Below are positions 58,279 to 64,000 of a stretch of DNA of 64,000 nt, piece by piece. Numbering within the stretch: position 1 is the stretch's first letter; every line of letters begins with the position of its first letter. Made by a program: the position numbers and the translations under genes. Below the pieces are notes generated by a model. It was not told the origin of the DNA. It ran no database searches and saw nothing but the letters and a program-made list of their open reading frames with translations. The stretch covers positions 33,830 to 97,829 of the forward strand of contig JAAZBX010000002.1 in assembly GCA_012513575.1 (NCBI GenBank), written 5' to 3'. The stretch comes from Candidatus Dojkabacteria bacterium (GTDB lineage Bacteria > Patescibacteriota > Dojkabacteria > SC72).

Positions 58279-58520
58279 TTCTTCTTATTGAGATTTAAAA
58301 ACTCTCTTGGAGAAACAGGCATCTTTTGTGATGTCTTATCGTAAACCTCATCTAGACTCTCTTTTGAGAAAGTCTTTTCCAAAGGTGTTTTGTACACATC
58401 CTCTTCAATGTTTAGCTCCTTTCCAGAGGTATCAAAAACAAATGCAAGACCTGCCCAAACTAAAGCTACTAAAAAAAGCAATATTATCGCAGGTATATAT
58501 TTTTTAAAAATTTCTCCCAT
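58275..58520 (-). CDS. Small single-TM protein (possible PilP-like accessory), hypothetical
   Basis: 81 aa with an N-terminal TM. Lies directly downstream of the PilO-like gene, and its stop overlaps the rpoD stop. Confidence 0.3.
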   Translation of the reverse strand: MGEIFKKYIPAIILLFLVALVWAGLAFVFDTSGKELNIEEDVYKTPLEKTFSKESLDEVYDKTSQKMPVSPREFLNLNKKN

Positions 58521-59140
58521 TACTCAATGTTATAAAAATTAGTTGAGGGGATATTATATATTCTTATCAAAAGCGAAAAAGACATCTCATTACTCCCTGA
58601 AGAGGTGTTCCTTCCAAAAGCCACTCTTTCAATAACACAGTTCATGGGCAATGATTCAAAATCTTTTAAAAGATTAATAAAATTACTATAAAGGCCAGTA
58701 ACAGAAAGTTGAATCACCCCAGGTTTCACGAGAGAGGTTGGTAAATCGTAGGAATCTCCATCGTACTTATCAAATCTGAAAGATGCCAATTTAAAGGAGT
58801 TCCTATTGACTATTGGTTCAATATTAGAAAGCAACAAAATATATTTCTCTGATTCGGGATAAACAAATTGCAAGAACTCAAATTTCTCTTTGGACTCATC
58901 ATATTCTTTTTCTAACGACGAAATCATTTGAATTCTTTGGTCAAGAGTTTGTGATATCCTTTCCTTCTCTTTAATATCCTTTCTAATTATTACAATTTTT
59001 GTAACAGTCGGACGTATAGCAAAGACAATAAGAAGAACAATAATCGCAAAAGTTACCCCAACTGTAATAAAAGAATTATTTTTATCCTTAGACTCTTTAA
59101 TTGTTGTAATTAATCCTAAAGAGGACCTCTTCTCTTCCAT
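58520..59140 (-). CDS. PilO-like type IV pilus assembly protein
   Basis: Single N-terminal TM, a coiled-coil, and a C-terminal domain with the LPTSLV...QLSVTGLYSNFINLLKDFESLP pattern resembling PilO. Confidence 0.45.
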   Translation of the reverse strand: MEEKRSSLGLITTIKESKDKNNSFITVGVTFAIIVLLIVFAIRPTVTKIVIIRKDIKEKERISQTLDQRIQMISSLEKEYDESKEKFEFLQFVYPESEKYILLLSNIEPIVNRNSFKLASFRFDKYDGDSYDLPTSLVKPGVIQLSVTGLYSNFINLLKDFESLPMNCVIERVAFGRNTSSGSNEMSFSLLIRIYNIPSTNFYNIE

Positions 59141-59697
59141 TAATCTTGTTTGCCAACAATGTTAAATGACACACCAACCGAAATTTCAGCATCTTCTTTT
59201 TGGATGCTAAAACTTACATCTGAATATCTTTCATTCTCTTTCAGTGCAGATTCGTAGATTTTAACCTCTTCTAAACTACTAGCCATAAAACTCATACTAA
59301 CCTTTGACTCATTCAAAGTAAATCCTTTTAGAGTCAAGGTTATCGGAATGCCACTTACTATTTCGCTAACAACACTTGAATTTATTTGTTGACCATTTTT
59401 TACTGTTCCAACATCTTTTAAAAGTTTTTGATAACGAGAAAAAAGGATGTTATTACTGACCCAGGGTTCAGTTCTTAATAGTTGAATCTGACTCTCTACC
59501 TCCTCATTAAGATCAATTCTTTTTTTATCCAAAAAAAATCTTGAAAAGAAAACACCTAAAACTATCATTTCAACAAATATGAGAAGATATTTCCCTATTG
59601 TAACCATCCACTCATAGGCTTTTGTGAAAGCATCGTTTTCTGTGTAAACCGGATCAATTAGGTTTATCGAATTTTTATTTTTCTTTGATATGGCCAT
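59140..59697 (-). CDS. PilN-like type IV pilus assembly protein
   Basis: N-terminal INLIDP (PilN INLLP-like), a single TM, and a coiled-coil. Translationally coupled to the PilO-like gene (ATGA). Confidence 0.45.
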   Translation of the reverse strand: MAISKKNKNSINLIDPVYTENDAFTKAYEWMVTIGKYLLIFVEMIVLGVFFSRFFLDKKRIDLNEEVESQIQLLRTEPWVSNNILFSRYQKLLKDVGTVKNGQQINSSVVSEIVSGIPITLTLKGFTLNESKVSMSFMASSLEEVKIYESALKENERYSDVSFSIQKEDAEISVGVSFNIVGKQD

Positions 59698-59736
59698 GGG
59701 CAGTCTCAGATTTTCTATTTTAGTATAGCATATCTA

Positions 59737-61182
59737 TTAAATTTTCTTGAAAAGAATAATCCTTTCTCTCTTTTCAAGTGCTATCAAGGCTTTTTGTGTA
59801 CTCTCTGGAATAATTGGTTCATACAATTCGATTACTTTTTTAAGCAGGTAGCTTAGATTGTTTAAAATGTTAGTACATTGATCCTTCGTAACTTCTTTTT
59901 TCCAGGGCTCCTTTTCTGTAATATACTTGTTTCCAAAGTTTGCTAATTCATCGATTTTCTCAGAAACTAAAGCAATCTCGAAATCTTCAAAAAGACTCTT
60001 AATCTCAGAAACTCTGCTATCTACCTCATATTTGAAATTTTCCTCCAAAGCTCCCTCATTATTAATTTCAACTTCTTTCTCATTGGACAAGTGAATTACC
60101 CTATTAAGAAGATTCCCAAAATTGTTTGCAAGCCTTGAGTTGTATAAATTCAAAAGGTCATCTTCTTTGTATGCGGAATCTGAAAAGGTTGAAATTCCTG
60201 AAAGGAGATAAAATCTAACAACTTCTGCTCCAAATTTTTGCTCCTGATCAAAAGGCGAAATTACATTGCCCAATGTTTTAGACATTTTTCTTCCATCAGC
60301 CCCAAGAACCATTCCGTGTTCAAGTAGTTTAGCACTGTGTTTAAGACCTGCAGAAGCTAACATTCCTTGCCATATTACACCTTGAAATCTTAAATTATCA
60401 GGTCCAAAAATCTGGACTCCTGGCCACCATTTTTCAAGTTTATTCTTATCTTCACCAAACCCAACTGCATTAACATAATTTGTTAAGGCATCAAACCAAA
60501 CATAGAAAACATGCTCTGGATCATTGGGAACCTCAATTCCCCAAGGAAGATTCTCCTTTAACCTTGATATACTTATATCTTCAATTTCCTGAATAATTCT
60601 TTTAAGTTCATCTCTCTTCTGGGAAGGTTTTAGTACTTCAGGGTTCTTCTCCAACCATTCTAAAAGTTTCTCTTTGTAGTTCGAAAGACGGAAGAAATAG
60701 TTCTCTTCATTTCTTTCTTCTGGAGCAACTCCGTGTTCGGGACATTTCCCATCAATCAGCTCCTTCTCTGTAACAAATCTCTCACAACCCACACAGTATT
60801 TTCCTGAATATCTCTTCTTATAAATATCCCCATTTTCTGAACAAACCCTCCAAAACTCTTTTGCACTTTCAATATGTTTTGGATCTGAAGTTCGGTAGAA
60901 ATTGTCATAACTTACAAAAAATAATTTGCAAAAATCCTTAAACCTATTAGCATATTTGTTAACAAAATCATTTATCTCAAACCCTTCTTCTTTTGCTTTT
61001 CTCCATATCTTTAATCCATGTTCATCTGTTCCAACATTAAAAAACACATTTTCTTTTCCAAGTTTCTTTCTAAAGTATCTAGCCAAAACATCTGCCTGTA
61101 CAAATTCCAAAGCATGACCAATATGTGGTTCAGCATTTACATATGGCAAAGTTGTAGTAATGTAGAAATTTTTGTTATTCAT
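59737..61182 (-). CDS. metG: Methionyl-tRNA synthetase (short form)
   Basis: HIGH motif PYVNAEPHIGHAL, a zinc knuckle CxxC...CPEHG, and KMSKTLGN. Confidence 0.9.
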   Translation of the reverse strand: MNNKNFYITTTLPYVNAEPHIGHALEFVQADVLARYFRKKLGKENVFFNVGTDEHGLKIWRKAKEEGFEINDFVNKYANRFKDFCKLFFVSYDNFYRTSDPKHIESAKEFWRVCSENGDIYKKRYSGKYCVGCERFVTEKELIDGKCPEHGVAPEERNEENYFFRLSNYKEKLLEWLEKNPEVLKPSQKRDELKRIIQEIEDISISRLKENLPWGIEVPNDPEHVFYVWFDALTNYVNAVGFGEDKNKLEKWWPGVQIFGPDNLRFQGVIWQGMLASAGLKHSAKLLEHGMVLGADGRKMSKTLGNVISPFDQEQKFGAEVVRFYLLSGISTFSDSAYKEDDLLNLYNSRLANNFGNLLNRVIHLSNEKEVEINNEGALEENFKYEVDSRVSEIKSLFEDFEIALVSEKIDELANFGNKYITEKEPWKKEVTKDQCTNILNNLSYLLKKVIELYEPIIPESTQKALIALEKRERIILFKKI

Positions 61183-61188
61183 ATGGTA

Positions 61189-61194
61189 ATTATA
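61189..61194 (-). promoter_or_regulatory. -10 box TATAAT 6 nt upstream of the metG ATG (leaderless-type)
   Basis: Gene-strand sequence TATAAT-TACCAT-ATG. Confidence 0.35.
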
Positions 61195-61301
61195 TACTTA
61201 AAAAAGAATTATTGAAAAGAAAAGCCTAGATACTTGTTTATTGATTGTAGGAATGAATACCATACAAAACAAGCACTAGGCTCTTTCATTGTTAACTAAA
61301 C

Positions 61302-61586
61302 TTATGGGAGATCAGCCTTTTCTTGTTCAATTCTGTGTTCTACCACAGTAGCTGTATTCACTATGTTAAACCCAAGGAAAACAAAAATTATTAGCATCCA
61401 AATAGCATTGAGGACAGCGTTGTATACAGCAAAAAAATCCAGGAAAAGGAAAGAAAGCCAATAGCAGGCAACAGCATGTTCGCGCATTTTTTGCGTTGCT
61501 TTTGGTGTCAATTCATTTTTCCCCAAGAAGATCGTTAGGTAAACTCCTAACAGGAACAGTGTAATAGCAACAATTAGATATACCAT
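61302..61586 (-). CDS. Small membrane protein (3 TM), hypothetical
   Basis: 94 aa with three hydrophobic helices. Confidence 0.35.
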   Translation of the reverse strand: MVYLIVAITLFLLGVYLTIFLGKNELTPKATQKMREHAVACYWLSFLFLDFFAVYNAVLNAIWMLIIFVFLGFNIVNTATVVEHRIEQEKADLP

Positions 61587-61598
61587 TTTTCTCCTATT

Positions 61599-61853
61599 CT
61601 AATTCAAATGACGCTTGTTTACGATCCAGAAGACTTCTTCTGAAAATCTGCCATCACCACGTGTATGGTTGATGTACCAATTGTAATCTTCCATTGAGGA
61701 GATAACCATGTAACCCCTCTGGCCACTTAGGTCAAAGATTACAATTACTTTCTCATCAATGTTTTTCTGTTTGAGCAACTCTTGATATGTCGCTTTTCTA
61801 GGCACAGGTCTTGCAAAACTTACAATATTCGGCTCGTATATTACTTTGTGCAT
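61599..61853 (-). CDS. Hypothetical small protein
   Basis: 84-aa ORF immediately downstream of valS on the same strand. No recognised motif. Confidence 0.3.
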   Translation of the reverse strand: MHKVIYEPNIVSFARPVPRKATYQELLKQKNIDEKVIVIFDLSGQRGYMVISSMEDYNWYINHTRGDGRFSEEVFWIVNKRHLN

Positions 61854-61953
61854 TTTCCTCCTTCAAAGATTTATTCCCATAAATTGTTAAACAACTCTTC
61901 ATTATACCAAATATCGACCCTTATTACTATGGGACTGTTACACTTTGATTAAA

Positions 61954-64000
61954 CTAGAAAAGTTGTTCAACCATTAAAACCCCACTTGCCAATCCAAGAT
62001 TGACTAACTCCTGCCAAACTCCCTCTGTGACAAATGGAATAAAGGGATGCATTATCTTTAAATTCTCTTTAAGAATACATAGCAATTCTGCTAATCCGTC
62101 AATTCGTTTTTCACTACCAACTGGTTGATCTTTAATTTCTGACTTTATCTCTTCAATCCAGACATCACATACCTGATGCCAAAAGAATTCTCTGATTTCT
62201 TCAGCGCCAAGATTAAACTGAAATTTTTCAATGTACTCAGATACCTTCTTTACATGTTTTTTGGTAATTTCAATTCTCTCTGAATTAATTTTTAAATTCT
62301 TGGATACGGCTTCCAACTCAGATTCGTCAATATTCATTAAAATGAACCTACTAGCATTCCAAATCTTTGTAATAAAATTTCTGTTCCCTTTAATTTTTTC
62401 TTCACGTATTGGGGAATTTGATCCAGGAAGTGCATCTATGTAATACCAAAGTCTTAATGCATCAGCTCCATATTTGTCAAAAATTTCACTTGGTTCAACA
62501 CCATTCCCTTTTGATTTTGACATCTTAGAACCATCAGGAGCTAAGATAATTCCAGTAAGCATAACAACTGGATATGGAATCTGATCGGTTCTGTAGAGAC
62601 CAAACATTAGCATTCTTGCTGTCCACCAGAAGAGAATATCCCTCCCATGAATCATCATCTGAGTAGGATAGTATTTCTTAAAATCGTCTCCATCAGAACC
62701 TCCGAGAGTTGTGTAAGGCCACTGACCAGAGCTAAACCAAGTATCAAAAACATCTGTTTCTTGTTCCCATACTTCTCCAGATTCTGACTTGGGAGGTTGT
62801 TCTCCAAGAAAAATTTTTCCTGTCCCAAATACTTTTGTACCAAATTCTTTTTCAAAGTCAGAAACATTTTTTCCTTTGTTTTCAAGCAACCAATCATAGA
62901 GCTTTTTACCTCCACTATACCAAACTGGTATTCTCTGTCCCCACCAAAGTTGTCTTGAAATACACCATGGTTGAATATTTTCATAGAAATATTCTAAAGC
63001 CTTCTGCTGTCCCTTAGGAACAACACTCACATCTCCCCGTTTGAGGGCCTCTAGGGCCCTTTTTGCCAACGATTCAACATTTAAATACCATTGATTAGAG
63101 ATTATCGGTTCGATGGCGCTTTTACACCTCTCACAAATTACAACCTCATGCTTAATATTTTCAATTTTGACAAGCAGGTCTAAATCATCTAACTCTTTGC
63201 ATAGAGCCTTCGAGCACTCCGTTGTGCCCATTCCGACAAATCTTTCAGGAATATCCCCCATCATTTTACCCTCCTCGTTTATTACATTCACTATTGGCAA
63301 AGAATGCTTTTTCCCTATTTCAAAATCAACTGGAGAATGAGCAGGAGTAACCTTTAAAGCCCCCGTACCCAATTCCATATCTGTAGTATCTTCTGCGATT
63401 ACAGGAATCTCCCTGTTGGCAATAGGAAGAACAACCTTTTTGCCAACAAACTGAGAATATCTCTTGTCTTTAGGATTGACCGCCACTGCTGTGTCTCCTA
63501 GCATTGTCTCGGGACGAGTTGTAGCAACAGTTATTCCTTCAACCCCAAAAAGTTCCTTCGCCTTTTTTCTGTCCGACTCCTCTACAAAAGGATAGACAAT
63601 ATATGCAAAAATTCCTCTTCTTTCCTCGTGCTCTGTATCAATATCGGCCAATGCTGTGTGACAATTTGGACACTGATTAATTATTCTTTTATCCCTATAC
63701 ACAAACCCCTCTTCAAACATTTTGTAAAAAGTGGAATACACAATTTCGGTTAACCTTGGGTCTAATGTAAAAAATTCTCTTGAGAAATCAGCTGAAAGCC
63801 CAATTCTTTGCTCATACTCCCTCGCATTGTTCATATTTGTCAAACAAAATTCATAACACTGTTTGTAGAATTCCTCTCTTCCCAGTTCAAATTTGTTTTG
63901 CCCTCTGCTTTCCAAAAGCTTTGTAAAAACGCTCTCAGTTTGAATCCCTGCATGATCTTTTCCGGGGAGAAGAAGGGTCGGGTGACCAGTCATTCTCTTG
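61954..64000 (-). CDS. valS: Valyl-tRNA synthetase, C-terminal about 680 aa; the N-terminus lies beyond the window end
   Basis: LLPGKDHAGIQTE, CISRQLWWGQRIPVWY and KMSKSKGN match ValS. The frame is still open at nt 64000. Confidence 0.85.
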   Translation of the reverse strand, partial: KRMTGHPTLLLPGKDHAGIQTESVFTKLLESRGQNKFELGREEFYKQCYEFCLTNMNNAREYEQRIGLSADFSREFFTLDPRLTEIVYSTFYKMFEEGFVYRDKRIINQCPNCHTALADIDTEHEERRGIFAYIVYPFVEESDRKKAKELFGVEGITVATTRPETMLGDTAVAVNPKDKRYSQFVGKKVVLPIANREIPVIAEDTTDMELGTGALKVTPAHSPVDFEIGKKHSLPIVNVINEEGKMMGDIPERFVGMGTTECSKALCKELDDLDLLVKIENIKHEVVICERCKSAIEPIISNQWYLNVESLAKRALEALKRGDVSVVPKGQQKALEYFYENIQPWCISRQLWWGQRIPVWYSGGKKLYDWLLENKGKNVSDFEKEFGTKVFGTGKIFLGEQPPKSESGEVWEQETDVFDTWFSSGQWPYTTLGGSDGDDFKKYYPTQMMIHGRDILFWWTARMLMFGLYRTDQIPYPVVMLTGIILAPDGSKMSKSKGNGVEPSEIFDKYGADALRLWYYIDALPGSNSPIREEKIKGNRNFITKIWNASRFILMNIDESELEAVSKNLKINSERIEITKKHVKKVSEYIEKFQFNLGAEEIREFFWHQVCDVWIEEIKSEIKDQPVGSEKRIDGLAELLCILKENLKIMHPFIPFVTEGVWQELVNLGLASGVLMVEQLF

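Overview
AT-rich, very compact bacterial chromosomal window with standard stop codons and no in-frame TGA problems in long genes. Many genes overlap by 4-23 nt, several convergent pairs share or overlap stop codons, and the upstream regions I inspected have no recognisable Shine-Dalgarno sequence. Housekeeping genes dominate: holA (3' part), rpsT, lepA, recF, a dcd-thyX-glyA-folD dTMP module, groES-groEL, murJ, comFC, a MacB-type ABC pair, hrcA-grpE-dnaK, rplY, rpsG-rpsL-rpoC-rpoB, ftsK, a RodZ-like gene, dnaG, rsmA, rpoD, metG and valS (3' part, runs off the window). The gene content and style (PilN/PilO-like pair, PEGA and DUF4012 proteins, a minimal VirB4/PrgI module, no SD) look like a small-genome Gram-positive-like or Patescibacteria/CPR-type organism; that is inference only. 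I found no rRNA, tRNA, CRISPR array, transposase or integrase. The most unusual region is an accessory island of about 7.8 kb (7718-15547) inserted between recF and dcd. It carries a nucleotidyltransferase-fold gene, a PrgI-like membrane protein with an extra beta-sandwich tail, a 211-aa partner ORF, a VirB4/TcpF-type ATPase, a Lon-type AAA+ module that lacks both the Lon N-domain and the protease domain, and a divergently transcribed surface protein with a long disordered cytoplasmic tail. Other notable points: a tandem-duplicated ThyX in which each half kept complementary active-site motifs; two heat-shock operators sharing a variant CIRCE sequence (TTAGCAA-N-TCTGCTA) placed right at the groES and hrcA start codons; repeated -10 boxes 5-9 nt upstream of start codons, suggesting leaderless mRNAs; an envelope-glycan cluster inserted between dnaG and rpoD that includes an NAD-binding/DUF4012 fusion; and three clear intrinsic terminators.
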